A stretch of DNA of 64,000 bases from the human T2T-CHM13v2.0 reference genome, Homo sapiens. The stretch lies in assembly GCF_009914755.1 (NCBI RefSeq), contig NC_060934.1; one strand, 5' to 3'. Both the position numbers and the translations under genes were made by a program. The notes beneath the pieces were generated by a model. The model was not told the origin of the DNA. It ran no database searches and was given only the letters and a program-made list of their open reading frames with translations. Positions within the stretch are counted from its first letter, which is position 1, and each line of letters begins with the position of its first letter. This document shows positions 19,056-32,557 of the stretch, piece by piece.

Positions 19056-19420
19056 TCAAGAACAGGCTTCTTCCTATTCTATTCTATTCTGTTCAAATAT
19101 ATATACATCTCTTTTCTACCATAGCATCTATGCCTTTTTCATTGCTGATTGATAGACAACTTTTCTGGGTTGCCATGTCCTTAACAACTGTTACCTTTCT
19201 GGCCATTATTTATTAGTTAAGCATTCAGTGCCCTCAACAATGATTTGAGGTAGTCAGACACTTCCTAACTAAATAAAAAGGGAGACAGTAGCAGCACTTA
19301 TAGAAGCAGGAGCAAGTACAAAGGGGTGCAGCTCATGAGCCCCTTCCTCCTCTTATGGAGGTGGGAAGGGGGTGAAAACTGGGCTGGCATCAATGTGGTC
19401 TGGAATGTCTGCCTCTGCAG

Positions 19421-19606
19421 GAGCTGTTCGATGTGATCTTGGATGAGAACCAGCTTGAGGATGCCTGTGAGCACCTTGCCGACTATCTGGAGGCCTACTG
19501 GAAGGCCACCCATCCTCCCAGCAGTAGCCTCCCCAACCCTCTCCTTAGCCGTACATTAGCCACTTCAAGTCTGCCTCTTAGCCCCACCCTAGCCTCTAAT
19601 TCACAG
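19421..19606 (+). CDS. CACNB2: CACNB2 coding exon, [31 protein letters not shown]...ASNSQ
   Basis: ctctgcag|GAGCTG...TCACAG|gtaagg; 186 nt, phase 0/0; end of the GK domain. Confidence 0.96.
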
Positions 19607-19829
19607 GTAAGGGGAGTTTTTATATATATCTATATATACAATCTTCATAGAAAAAAGGTTGCCTATGGTGACACCTCTAGGATCCAAGCCCAGTAGCCTG
19701 CTTGGGGCTTGTTCTAGTATATTAACTCAAAGCAAGTCCAGCATGAGCTGTGTATGTACCTGTAAGAAAAGCACCATCAACAGAATATATTGGGAACATA
19801 CACAGACTACCGAAACTTTCTAAACAGTA

Positions 19830-20100
19830 GCATAGACTGTGGAAGTGGATCACCTAGATTCAAATCCTGGCTGCACCTCTTACCACTTGTGGGGTGGATA
19901 ACCTGGGGCAAATTTCTTAACTGTTCTTACCTCAGGAATAATAATGGCAACCTGTCCAAGAGGCTGCTGGAATTAATAATCTCAAGAGATGATCTTATAG
20001 GGCTGTTGTATTAATGAGTTATTATATACAAAGGGTCTACAGAACAGTGCCTGTCCCATACTGTATCACTGTATCAGGTAAGCATTTGCTGTTTTTAATA
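19830..20100 (+). mobile_element. MIR
   Basis: Core cacctagattcaaatcctggc...ggggcaaatttcttaac; similar MIR cores near 8120-8330, 9200-9390 and 27650-27830. Confidence 0.65.
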
Positions 20101-20471
20101 TTCTCACATACAGTCAAGCAGAGGTAGTTAAGTTTACACCGCTGTATAGAAAAATCTCAGGGACCTGCATCTGTATTTGAGCCACAGGAGAATAAATAAA
20201 AGAACATTTTCCCTGCTGCTGCTTTTTTTTTTTTTAAAGGAAAAAGTTACCATGGGCACTGTTCTAGGCACTTACAAAAGTCCAATTTAATATAGTATAG
20301 TATAAAGCCTTATAAATGCCACTGGATGTTACCAAAGGGATGAAGCTAGGTTAGACTTCATTTCAGCTTTTCGGATGCTTAAAAAGGACTCTGCTTGAAT
20401 GCACTTGCTCTGGGACATGTTCTTTACACACTGACCTTGGTTAACGCCTGGTGTGCTCCTTTCGCTGCCAG

Positions 20472-20966
20472 GGTTCTCAAGGTGATCAGAGGACTGATCG
20501 CTCCGCTCCTATCCGTTCTGCTTCCCAAGCTGAAGAAGAACCTAGTGTGGAACCAGTCAAGAAATCCCAGCACCGCTCTTCCTCCTCAGCCCCACACCAC
20601 AACCATCGCAGTGGGACAAGTCGCGGCCTCTCCAGGCAAGAGACATTTGACTCGGAAACCCAGGAGAGTCGAGACTCTGCCTACGTAGAGCCAAAGGAAG
20701 ATTATTCCCATGACCACGTGGACCACTATGCCTCACACCGTGACCACAACCACAGAGACGAGACCCACGGGAGCAGTGACCACAGACACAGGGAGTCCCG
20801 GCACCGTTCCCGGGACGTGGATCGAGAGCAGGACCACAACGAGTGCAACAAGCAGCGCAGCCGTCATAAATCCAAGGATCGCTACTGTGAAAAGGATGGA
20901 GAAGTGATATCAAAAAAACGGAATGAGGCTGGGGAGTGGAACAGGGATGTTTACATCCGCCAATGA
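20472..20966 (+). CDS. CACNB2: CACNB2 last coding exon (beta-2-specific C-terminus GSQGDQRTD...RDVYIRQ*)
   Basis: gctgccag|GGTTCT; TGA at 20964-20966; contains LSRQETFD (beta-2 CaMKII site motif) and the His/Arg/Asp-rich tail. Confidence 0.97.
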   Translation, partial: GSQGDQRTDRSAPIRSASQAEEEPSVEPVKKSQHRSSSSAPHHNHRSGTSRGLSRQETFDSETQESRDSAYVEPKEDYSHDHVDHYASHRDHNHRDETHGSSDHRHRESRHRSRDVDREQDHNECNKQRSRHKSKDRYCEKDGEVISKKRNEAGEWNRDVYIRQ

Positions 20967-22360
20967 GTTTTGCCCTTTTGTGTTTTTTTTTTTTTTTTTT
21001 GAAGTCTTGTATAACTAACAGCATCCCCAAAACAAAAAGTCTTTGGGGTCTACACTGCAATCATATGTGATCTGTCTTGTAATATTTTGTATTATTGCTG
21101 TTGCTTGAATAGCAATAGCATGGATAGAGTATTGAGATACTTTTTCTTTTGTAAGTGCTACATAAATTGGCCTGGTATGGCTGCAGTCCTCCGGTTGCAT
21201 ACTGGACTCTTCAAAAACTGTTTTGGGTAGCTGCCACTTGAACAAAATCTGTTGCCACCCAGGTGATGTTAGTGTTTTAAGAAATGTAGTTGATGTATCC
21301 AACAAGCCAGAATCAGCACAGATAAAAAGTGGAATTTCTTGTTTCTCCAGATTTTTAATACGTTAATACGCAGGCATCTGATTTGCATATTCATTCATGG
21401 ACCACTGTTTCTTGCTTGTACCTCTGGCTGACTAAATTTGGGGACAGATTCAGTCTTGCCTTACACAAAGGGGATCATAAAGTTAGAATCTATTTTCTAT
21501 GTACTAGTACTGTGTACTGTATAGACAGTTTGTAAATGTTATTTCTGCAAACAAACACCTTCTTATTATATATAATATATATATATATATCAGTTTGATC
21601 ACACTATTTTAGAGTCTTAATGCCAAGTCAGCAGATTTGCTTTATGAATTACAGGGACTAGAAATGCCCACATTCAGGAAATTTGTAATAACATTGTCTA
21701 GACACCTATCCTCATTCTAGTAGAAAGTGTGTACATACTGTAAATATGTGTGATTGCTTGACTTGAAAAGGTTTGAATTCTGAATGTTATACCATCCTTG
21801 TAAGTAAGTTTGTAATTTCCACCATAAATTATGGTAAATATAAAACTCCAGAGGTTGTTCTACTCCATACAGTTCACACTGATTGTGACACATTCTTAGT
21901 AGCTAGTGTCTGTTCTAGTCACTGCACTGGAGTCTACGAGCCGGAACTCGCTATATGCACGTGTGTGTGTCCGTATGTAAGAAAGTGTGCACCGAGTGAC
22001 TGAATGGTTGAGATGAATTGGAATGCTGAAGACTAACGAAGAAACTAGAGACTGATATCGAGCATTCTGCCCACCTCGCTCTGTATTTAATTAATTGTGC
22101 TATATGTTGCTTTAACAACCCATTGAGCAGTCAGGGAATGTGAGTAAGCTTGCTGCCAAAGGTAACTAGGAAAGCATTCATCTGCTGCCTCCTTGTTTTT
22201 GCTCCTAGAGAGTGAAAATACAGGCAATTTTACTGTGAGTGTTTCACTGGAAATGTACAATCTTTGTGTGTTAGAGTATTTGTTTTAGTAAGAAATGTTT
22301 GTTTACACAGCTTGTGGAATTATTTCGTGGGAAAATAAATTTTTATAACTTCTCCCACTT
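20967..22360 (+). other. CACNB2: CACNB2 3' UTR up to the first strong poly(A) site (longer UTR isoforms possible)
   Basis: Repeat-free AT-rich sequence after the stop codon, ending at the PAS below. Confidence 0.7.
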
Positions 22361-22398
22361 CAATTTCTAACCTTGCCTATTGTTCCTGTTGTTTGTTT
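22334..22398 (+). terminator. Candidate CACNB2 polyadenylation signal
   Basis: AATAAA 22334-22339, upstream TGTA (~22254), downstream GU/U-rich tgttcctgttgtttgttt (22381-22398); more AATAAA at 22536 and 22818. Confidence 0.65.
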
Positions 22399-22809
22399 AC
22401 CTCCCAGTTACCTACCATTCCTCCCCACCACCGACTCCAGCAGGTTCACTGTCTGTCAGAACCCAGAAGTGCTTCTTATAACCAAAGTTTCTGTTCTTCA
22501 GAAGAAATCAGGGCAAAATGGGGTGACTTGAAGTGAATAAAATGTTAAGAATATTATCCTACATAAGACATGTACACAGAAGGGGAACCTTGAAGACATT
22601 ATCTCCATGCCTCAATTACACTGCTGTAAGAAGCTTACAATGTCATCATGTTTAAGGCTAAGACCTTTTCCGTGTCTCAAGTGTATATTTTGTCCAGTTA
22701 TAACTGGATGGTAAGACAGTATTAAGAGTGCAAGTACCTGGCACTTGAAGTTTGTCCCAGGAAAATGCCTGTGTATAATTACCTAACTTCAGATCTGCAC
22801 ATTAACTTA

Positions 22810-23185
<376 letters not shown>

Positions 23186-23262
23186 TTATTCCAAGTTCTT
23201 ACCAAATATTCTTAGCCTTTTATAAGTAAAACTGTTTTACATTTAACTCCTTATTTCCCTTA

Positions 23263-23451
<189 letters not shown>

Positions 23452-25871
23452 TTAGTTACATATATAATGTTTTATCAGCTTATATATGAAAAAATTTCCC
23501 TCAGTTCGTTAATTAGCCCTACACTGTTTACATAAATTTATTTACTGAGTATAAAATCAGTAGTCATAATAAACTTGACAATTCTTACATTGGTAGGAAA
23601 CCATATTCTAATTAAAATTGATTTTATAAAATATTTCTGATAAAACTTTTGTCATGGTAAGAGATTCACAATTATTAGTTCAATCCTTTATTATTTCATC
23701 CCAATTAATGATTTTAGAATATTTAAATTCTTGAAACATAGCTAGTATTTATCTTACTTGCTGCTATCATTAATCCCTTTCAAAAAGTAGTGGTGAGAGT
23801 TTCCATCTTTTTTATTTTGTATCTAGATTCTTAGCTTGCACTTTACTGTAGAACATATTAGTGCAAATCAGAATATTCCTCAAAGAACTAGCTTGAAGGA
23901 TTTGACATAAGAGCCGCTATATGTGAAAAACTGTATAGTGGACATATGTGTAAACTGTGTAGTAAATCTGTAAATGAGGAAATAATCTCAAGGGCAATGG
24001 GATATTTACTGACCCGCGGAATGTAAAGTTACAGTCTTTTCACACAACAAAGGCTTAACCTTAACCTACTCAGTTGTAGAGCCATTTTTGTAGTCAACCT
24101 AGAAAATGCTGGAAATGTATTTAATAGTTTTTTTTTTTTTTTTTTGGTCATATCCATTTCAGTCTTTCCTATGCTCTTTCTCTACTGCTCATTTAAGTTA
24201 CTGTTACAAAAAGGTGCTGCTAAATGTAGGATGTCTTAGTCATGTTGTACTTTGGGACAATGCCACATTTTTAACATGGTCTGCTATGCATTCCTGTTAA
24301 ACATTCACTGTCAGCTACACTGAACTGTCTAACAAACCTGGTTTAAAGTAATTCATATAAAACAAATAAAGAGCTGGCTTCTGCACTGTTTATTAGTAGT
24401 AGTATTAATTGCCATGTTAGAAATGATTCATGTAGTTGAGACTATATTAAATATTCAACACTTCCCAGCTGCAGGGCATCTTTCTTGGGGCAATGCTAAA
24501 TACTTTATGTTCCTTTAGTAATCTTCCTATTATGTCTGATTAAAAAAAAAGATACCTCCACGTAGATAAAATATTTTATTCAACGTGAGCTCTAGCAGAA
24601 TAATCTGGGTCAGTTATGAGTTCTGGATCAAGAGTTTAATTTCTGCTGCGCTGTACTTTTAACTATTTGTACTTTGCTTCATTATTTAAAACATGACACA
24701 GGGTTTTAAAGTAAATGTACTCACTGTTGAACTTAAGTACTTCTTCTGTTTCATAGAAATGTTAATATTAAATGTTAAAATATATATTAATTTTCCCTCA
24801 CATTTCCCTGATTTTTTCACCTTATTGCATTTTTTTCTTATACTGCTATGTCCCATAAGTTTATGTGATTTTCCAATTTGCTTAAGTTTTTGAAAGGAAG
24901 AAACCCACTGAAAATTAGCTCTGTTCAAGGAAAAATTCTGAATAGTATTCTTTGTCCTGTTTCCAATATGTAAATACTTTTCTTCTATTTACTGGCATTG
25001 GTTGTATTTTGATATTTGTTGGTATTAATCAAACATTTACACCAGTAAAAGTTTGTTGCTAGGCTGATTCTCTGCCATTTTCATCCCAGCTTAGCAAATA
25101 AGGATGTGCAGCAAGCATTACAGAAAATGATTTTTGTAGAGTTTCTTAAAAGACATTTAAAGTTTAAAGAGGTATGCTGAGCCCTAAAAAGATAAGTCCC
25201 ACAGGAAAAGTGTTTCTCTTTAGTCAAATGACAGCTACTGGATATAAGGCAGAATGAGGGATGTAAGAGAGACACATGTTTGCTTGAAATAATTTTTCTC
25301 TCAAACAATAATCATCTATTGACTGTTTGCTCTGAAGCTGTGACAGAGAAACGGCAGGACAGGGTCTCTGCCTGGAGGATGTTTCCCAGGTGTGGGGCTG
25401 GGGCTTAAGGTGCATGGCTAGAAAATTTGAATGAGAGTGTCGTAAGTGCCAGGAGAACATTAGATGTGGGAGCCAGGGGCACAGAGAAGGGGAGCAGTGC
25501 CTATCCAACCTCAGGGAAAGGTATTCAAGAAAGCCTCCTTTAAAGAAGAGGCAATCTAAAGGTCTTACCTGATCCAAGAGACCTTGCAATCCTTATGGAT
25601 ACAATAAATAGTTATGAGAAATTCCTAAAGAAAACCTGTGGAGGGCGGGGCGGGGGGGCGGGCGGAAATCAAACTATTAACCAATTGTCCATTTCTTAAG
25701 CCCAAGGCCTAATAACTTTTGGGTGATTTGAATGAAAGTTAACAAAACAGTATGATGGATTTAACACCATGAGACAGCCTTAAAACTATGGCTGGGAAGT
25801 AAGTATTCTGATTGATCTAAAAAGCCAATAGGAAGGCAAAATCCTAAGGCTGTAATGTTTTTTTTAAAAGC

Positions 25872-26178
25872 TGGCTGGGTGCAATGGCTAACATATGTAA
25901 TCCCAGTGCTTTAGAAGGCCAAGGCAGCGGGACTGCTTCAGGCCAGGAGTTCAAGACCAGCTTGGGTAACAAAGCAAGATCCCATCTCTTTAAAAAAAAA
26001 AAAAAAAAAAAAATTAGCCAAGCATGGTTGCACACAACTGTGTTGTCCTAGCTACATGGGAGACTGAGGCAGGAAGATTGCTTTAGCCCAGGAGTTTGAG
26101 GTTGTAGTGAGCTATGAAATCATGCCACCGCACTCCAGCCTGGGTGGCAGAGCAAGACCTTGTCTTTAAAAAGTAAAA
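25872..26178 (+). mobile_element. AluJ
   Basis: Full dimer with long A linker. Confidence 0.88.
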
Positions 26179-26779
26179 TTAAATTGAAAAGCAGTCACTT
26201 ATTTTGGCCACTACAGTGGGATGCTTGATTTTTGCAATTCGAAGGATGATCTGCTTTTTGTCTGAATTCAGACTTGATTGTGGTCTTTTTTTGTCTGGAT
26301 CTATGATAGGTACGGCTGCCTTGTCTGATGTTGGGGATAGGTGAAACTGCTTACGTTCAACAGGAGAACACCAAGGCCCAGCTATAAGGGTCAGGTCAGG
26401 CCACTTCCCAGCTGCCAGAGCTGGTTTTTTCTTTCTCACCAAGCATTTTCTAATAACTGATATGTTTCAAATACATGATAAGTTATCCAAATTGTAGAAT
26501 AATCTCATTTTCTAAATCTACAAAGTAAAGAAAATACTAACTTTACTTTTTCGTTTAAAATTATGAAAAACATTGAACATAGACTACCATTTAGACTACG
26601 ATAGTCTTTAGACTATCACTTCACACTATCATTCAGAGGAGGTCCAGACTTCATTTGAAAGGGGGTTGACTTACTAAATAAGCAGACAGAGAGTCAGGTA
26701 AAATACTTACCTCCATTATTGGCACATAGTCAATGTTTTACTTCCCATGCCCTGAATCCTTAAGAAACTAGGAACCTAG

Positions 26780-26826
26780 AAACAAAAACAACTTTTCATA
26801 ACCACATCAAATATTGCTAATTTATT
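26780..26826 (-). terminator. Candidate NSUN6 polyadenylation signal
   Basis: tttatt at 26821-26826 is AATAAA on the minus strand, 360 nt after the stop; minus-strand gttgtttttgttt downstream element at ~26780-26792. Confidence 0.75.
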
Positions 26827-27186
26827 CCTTTTGTTAGATTCACTAATTTTTAACATTAAAAATGACTTGTACACTTTACAAATTAAAACATTAGATCACA
26901 AATGAAAATATGCTCCAGACATCTATAGGCATCTGCTTTTCTTTATACTCTACTAAATACATAAAAAAAAAAAATCTTTTAAAAACAGAAAATATAATCT
27001 CATACCACCCCCTACTTCCTCTATGTCTCTGGATCCCTGGTAAAACAGCTGGCAGCCTTTTCTGTTTCCATAGCAACCACATCATCATTCAGTTGGCCTG
27101 ACAACACTTTGGTTAAAAAAAAAAAAAAAAAAAAACCACAGACAGCAAATGTTTGGAATTTTCATTTCTGAGCATCCATCCCTCTC

Positions 27187-27399
27187 CTATGTGCTTTTGC
27201 ATTTTACAAATTTTGCAATAAAAAAACCTATAGAGTCCTTATTAGCCAGACGCAACATGTCTTCTCTTCTGGCCTCTCTAAGAGAGTCCATGTCAGTGTC
27301 CGGTAATGGCACAGCCGATGGATCAAATCGCTGCAGCTGTTTCAACTGTTCACATGAGAGCCCAGCTCCCCTCATTCCTTCTCCTCCAATCTGCGGTTC
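27187..27399 (-). CDS. NSUN6: NSUN6 (RNA cytosine-5 methyltransferase) last coding exon, EPQIGGEGMRG...IGFFIAKFVKCKST*
   Basis: Minus strand ccaaacag|GAACCG; TAG at 27189-27187; 213 nt; GFFIAKF is the C-terminal NOL1/NOP2/Sun motif. Confidence 0.95.
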   Translation of the reverse strand, partial: EPQIGGEGMRGAGLSCEQLKQLQRFDPSAVPLPDTDMDSLREARREDMLRLANKDSIGFFIAKFVKCKST

Positions 27400-27849
27400 C
27401 TGTTTGGAGAAAGTGGATCAATATGGATGAACATCCTGTAATTAGCAAGTATGACTGCTACAATTTAAGTTAAAAGACAAATTGGGCTGTAACGACTACA
27501 TCTTCCAAAAATAGAAAAATGAGTAAATGCCTTTCATTTTGGTGGAACATACGTGCTGCTTTCCAGACAGTAAAGTAGGAAAGCAATACTATGCGTCACC
27601 TGATGAACAAATACCTATTATTACATGCTTATCAAACACTGTGACATTACCAAAGGCCTGAGCTTCCTAGTTGGAAACGAGTGGACTCAAATTGCAGCTC
27701 TACCACATTTTAGCTGTGTGACTTTAGGTAATGTTAACTAACCACATTTCCTCATCTATTAAACAAGGCTTAAGTAACGAAGGTGGTATCACACCTGGCA
27801 TATAGCAGGGACTCAGTAAATGGAACATTATTATCAATAAAGCAGCAAA

Positions 27850-28235
27850 GGCCAGGCACAGTGGCTCACACCTATAATCCCAGCACTTAGGGAGGCCGAG
27901 GCGGGCTGATTACCTGAGGTCAGGAGTTCAAGACCAGCCTGGCCAACAAGGTGACACCCTGTCTCTACCAAAAATACAAAAATTAGCCAGGTGTGGTGGT
28001 GCATGCCTGTAATCCCAGTTACTTGGGAGGCTGAGGCATGAGAATTGCCCGGGAGACAGAGGTTGCAGAGAGCCAAGATTGTGCCTGGGCAATCCAGCCT
28101 GAGCGACAGAGTGACACTCCATCTCAAAAAACAAAAAATGAAAGAAAAGAAAAGAAAAGAGAAGGAAGGGAGTGGGGACGGGGAGGGGAAGAAGAAAAAG
28201 AAAAAGAAAAAAGAAAAAAGAAAAAAGAAAGCAAC
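27850..28235 (+). mobile_element. AluS with expanded purine-rich (GAAAA)n tail
   Basis: Dimer 27850-28138, then GAAAA/GGGA low-complexity sequence. Confidence 0.88.
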
Positions 28236-29366
28236 AGAAAAAATTCAGCTTTATTTAACAGTTTCCAAAACTGAAAGGTGGTCTTTGGGCATCTAAGGTA
28301 CCTCTCTCTGACCCATACCAGTTGGGCGAGAAAAGTTTCTAGAAAAACAAACATAAGAAAGGAAACATAATTTAAGGCTGTATCAATTAGTTTAGAGGAA
28401 TCATAAGGCATTGAATGATACTTGCAAACTACTGAAGAAGATCTATAATCCTAAGTCACCATCACAGACAATCATCTGCATGTTAATGAAGATAGGTTTT
28501 CAGACATATACTTAAGAAAACAGATCGTTTATTATCCCATGGAGGTCAGGGGAAAACTTCCCATCCCTTTTAGGTATATATTTTGAGTGTGTGTATATTT
28601 CCAAATGAATTCCGAAGTCTTCCTTTCATCTACAATGTAATTATCTTAATTTACGAGACTAGAAACCATCTCTGAATTGTCTTTATTTATGTATTCCCAT
28701 TACCTAATTTCTGTATAGAAAGGTACTAAAGTTAGATGCTCAATGTATCTGAATGTATGCGAGCATTATTACAGATTTAAACTTAATCTCAAATATCCTG
28801 GACTAAAAATTGAATCAAAAATACATTTCTAATAAAGACCATAACATAAAGAGTTGTGTTAGGTAAAAGAAAGTATAGCAAAGCTTTTTAAATATTATAC
28901 ATTTTATATAATAAGCAATAATCCAGAAATACTTTTTTCCCTTTCAGCTGGTCTTCTGATATCCCACAGTTATTAAAGCTCATTTGAGCTTTGATGTGAC
29001 ATGAGAGAAAATGCTCAACATTTTCCATGTCAGAAAAATACAGGACTGGGAAGGAAGAAAAAAATCTTTTTAGAAAAAAGGTGCCGAGTAACATGAATAG
29101 CTACAAGGGGAATAAACACATAACAAAAACACTCCCAAGCTCTGTGCCATTTTAACACAATGGCAGGAACAAAGATGAGAAAAAACTTTGTCAGGACATG
29201 CAAATTATGGGCAGTCTAAAGTGGATTTAATTAGATAAGCATTCTTGTTTATTACAGTGTTCACTTTGGAAGTTTTACTTATTTCTTCGTTAACACCCTG
29301 ATTACCACAGTGCTTCAGTTTCTGTGATTTATCTTATTACACAGAGAAAAATGAAATTACTCCTAC

Positions 29367-29492
29367 CTGGGGCTGAAGCTGAAGGCAAGGAAATTTTGTC
29401 AGGGCCCAGGCAACCTGTTCTTCATTTTCGGCCAGTGTTATAGTGCACGTGCTATAAACCAGCACACCCTCTGGCTTCAGCAGCTGAACCGC
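29367..29492 (-). CDS. NSUN6: NSUN6 penultimate exon, AVQLLKPEGVLVYSTCTITLAENEEQVAWALTKFPCLQLQPQ
   Basis: Minus strand ttctttag|GCGGTT...CCCCAG|gtagga; 126 nt, phase 0/0; motif VI YSTC (catalytic Cys) and ENE. Confidence 0.96.
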
Positions 29493-29859
29493 CTAAAGAA
29501 AACTGTGATCAGACCACACACAGCACAAGACCAGATAAACATATGAATGAATTTCAAAGCAAAAGGTATAATGTCTTTCAAATGTTTGGGATAAATAAAA
29601 TGATGTTCTACGTGACAAGGATTCCTTCTGTAATTAGAGTATGCAAGAGCAACACTTGCAGCCTAGACTAGGTGCATTTCATTATCTTGGAACTGTCATA
29701 CTCCAGATGGACCAAGACTTCCCCAAATATAATCATTCACCGTCATGCCTTTGGATACCATTTTTTATGCTGAAAACTCACAAATTTACATTTTTAGGCC
29801 ACATCAACTTGTTAAATTCCCTACTTAAATGTTCAGTTGGCTTCTTAACATTTCTTTTT

Positions 29860-29992
29860 TATTCTTATTTTTTTAAATAGAGATGAAGTCTCACTGTTGC
29901 CCAGTCTTGTCTTACACTCCCGGGCTCAAGCAGTCCTCCCACCTTGGCCTCCCAAAGTGCTGGGATTGCAGGCGTGAGCCACGGGTCTGGCC
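29860..29992 (-). mobile_element. Alu left monomer (FLAM-like)
   Basis: ccaccttggcctcccaaagtgctgggattgcaggcgtgagcc. Confidence 0.8.
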
Positions 29993-29999
29993 CTTCTCA

Positions 30000-30925
30000 A
30001 CATTTCTATAATACTATCAAACTTGACATGTCCCAAAATGAACTCCTACTTTCCCTCTGAAATCCACTGCAGAAGTTTTCCTATCTTTCCAGAATCTCAG
30101 GTCCCAAACCTCAGATTTTCCTTTATGCCTCTTTTTCTGACTCCCCCAAACATCAGCAAGTCCTATTGGCTCTACCTTCACATTCTAGCCAGAATTTGGC
30201 CACTTCTCACCACTTCCACTATCATTGTGGTCCAAGCCTCTTTATCTTTTGCCTGGATTATTCCAACCGCCTCCTACTTCATCAACCTGCTTTATTCCCT
30301 GCCCTCCTGCAATCTAGTCTCAGTACAGCAGCCAAAGCAGTCCTTTTAAGCTTGTCTCTTCTCAGCCCCAAGCCCCTCACATGTCCTCCATGATCACTTA
30401 CAGTCAAAGTCCTTACATGATCACTTAGAGTCAAAGACAAAGTCCTTACAGAGGTCTTTGAGGTCAGACATAAACAAGTCTCTTGTTGCCTCTCTGACCT
30501 CCTCCTGTACACCTCTTACTCTGGCCCATTTGACTTTGGCAACACTGGCCTCCTGCTGTTTCTGGAACACACAAGACACACTGGCACCTCAGAATCTTTG
30601 CAGCAGTTGGGAAAGCTCTCTTAATTCCCTGCACTGCTTACTCCTTATCTTTGCATGTATGTCACGTTCCCGGGCACTCTGTAGATTTGCAACTATTCCA
30701 ATCCAACACTCCTATCCCCAGTTCCTTTAGCTTGCTCCATAGGGCCATTGCATTATTGCCTTCTAATATACTAAAAAACTCATTTATTTATTTCCTTTCC
30801 TAGTTAGAATGGAAACCTCGTGAATAAGGGCATGGAGTGTTTGTCCACTTTCTCAATGCTGTACCGTCAACATCTAGAATAGCGTCTTACATACAGGAGA
30901 TCTATGAGTATTTGTTGAATAAATT
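30000..30925 (+). mobile_element. L2 3' remnant
   Basis: L2 3' end gagtatttgttgaataaatt and typical pyrimidine-rich body. Confidence 0.65.
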
Positions 30926-31933
30926 AATCAGGAGATAAGGTATTGTGCTAAAATGGACTTGTCTGAAATACCTAAAGTTCAGCTTTTCAAGCTCCTAATT
31001 TTTAAAAATTTAAAGGAAATCTTTAAAAATAGAGTATACATACTTGTGCTTTTTAAATCAGAGTATGCTGATCAAAATTTAAACTTTGTTACTATGTGCC
31101 AGTTACTGTGTGAAACACTGTATATGAATTTTTCTCAATAAATCCTTATAACAACCACAAAGTAAGATGACTATCACCAGTGAGGTATTCCTAATAGGTA
31201 GAGCTGTTATCCCTGCTACTCAGATATAGAAAACAATGTACCTAAAGTCACTTAGGTGGAAGAGCCATGGCTCAAGTCAACAAGGCTCAAGTCCACATTC
31301 TCGATTTCTCTCCATGCCAAATGGCAAACCTGCTATATTCTAGTTCTCTCTGATATACTGTCAGCTTTTCCTTCTCATTGAGATCATTCATCTACTCCTA
31401 GTAGCCTTTTAAAATACCATTTTTGCTGTGACCTAATAAGAACAGAAATCCAAGTCCTTTACAGAAGTATCCTAATTTTATTCTCAAGTCAAAGTGGGTT
31501 TTGGCTGTAACTAAAGTTTCCTTTTTGCTGCTTGCTGTTTTAATTCTGAGGATGAGTTCTTCGAAGACTTCATAGAAAAAGACGAAGTTAAATAATACAC
31601 AACCAGTGCTACCTTTGTATATGAAAGGAAACACCAGGAGAGTTGAATCAGAATGTACTCAAAGGCAGCTTTAGAGACTAAATCATTATAGAACATCCAT
31701 TGTTGCTCTAGCCTTGTATTTTGGAGGGCTGGGAGGAAATAATGAATTCATCTATGATCAAACACTGCCTATACACGCTGAAATCCACTGAGTCATTTTT
31801 GAAAGACTAGGAGAAATCCTCAAATGTTCTATCTGGGCTTCTGAAAGTGCTGGAGACAAGTTAAATTTGTACAGTTTTTATGGTTCTCCTATATCCTACG
31901 CTGGCCACTGTCTCTTCCTGTTTTTATCAATGA

Positions 31934-32278
<345 letters not shown>

Positions 32279-32497
32279 AATAACTCTATTTTTTTAAAAA
32301 AAAGAGTAATTTATTTTATATCTAATTCTTTACATCAATTAGTAACTACAAGTTAACAACTCAGTGACTTTTTTCAGATAGAGAATATTTGAAATTTATT
32401 AAATATCTCAGTGATGAAATTCTACTATTGCCTGTATATCTTAAAGGTGAGTCAACTTAAATGAAAACTTCCTATATTTAAAACTAGGTCCTCTCAG

Positions 32498-32498
<1 letters not shown>

Positions 32499-32556
<58 letters not shown>
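32499..32556. repeat. (TG)29 microsatellite
   Basis: 58 bp of uninterrupted TG at the tail of an L1M fragment. Confidence 0.97.

Positions 32557-32557
<1 letters not shown>

Noticed and set aside
19418-19423. NAGNAG acceptor (CAG GAG) at a CACNB2 exon
   Set aside because: A distal GAG is a rarely used acceptor; nothing in the sequence suggests use.
20557-21060. 167-aa antisense ORF over the last CACNB2 exon
   Set aside because: Shadow of a GC-rich coding exon; runs through a poly(A) tract and has no recognisable domain.
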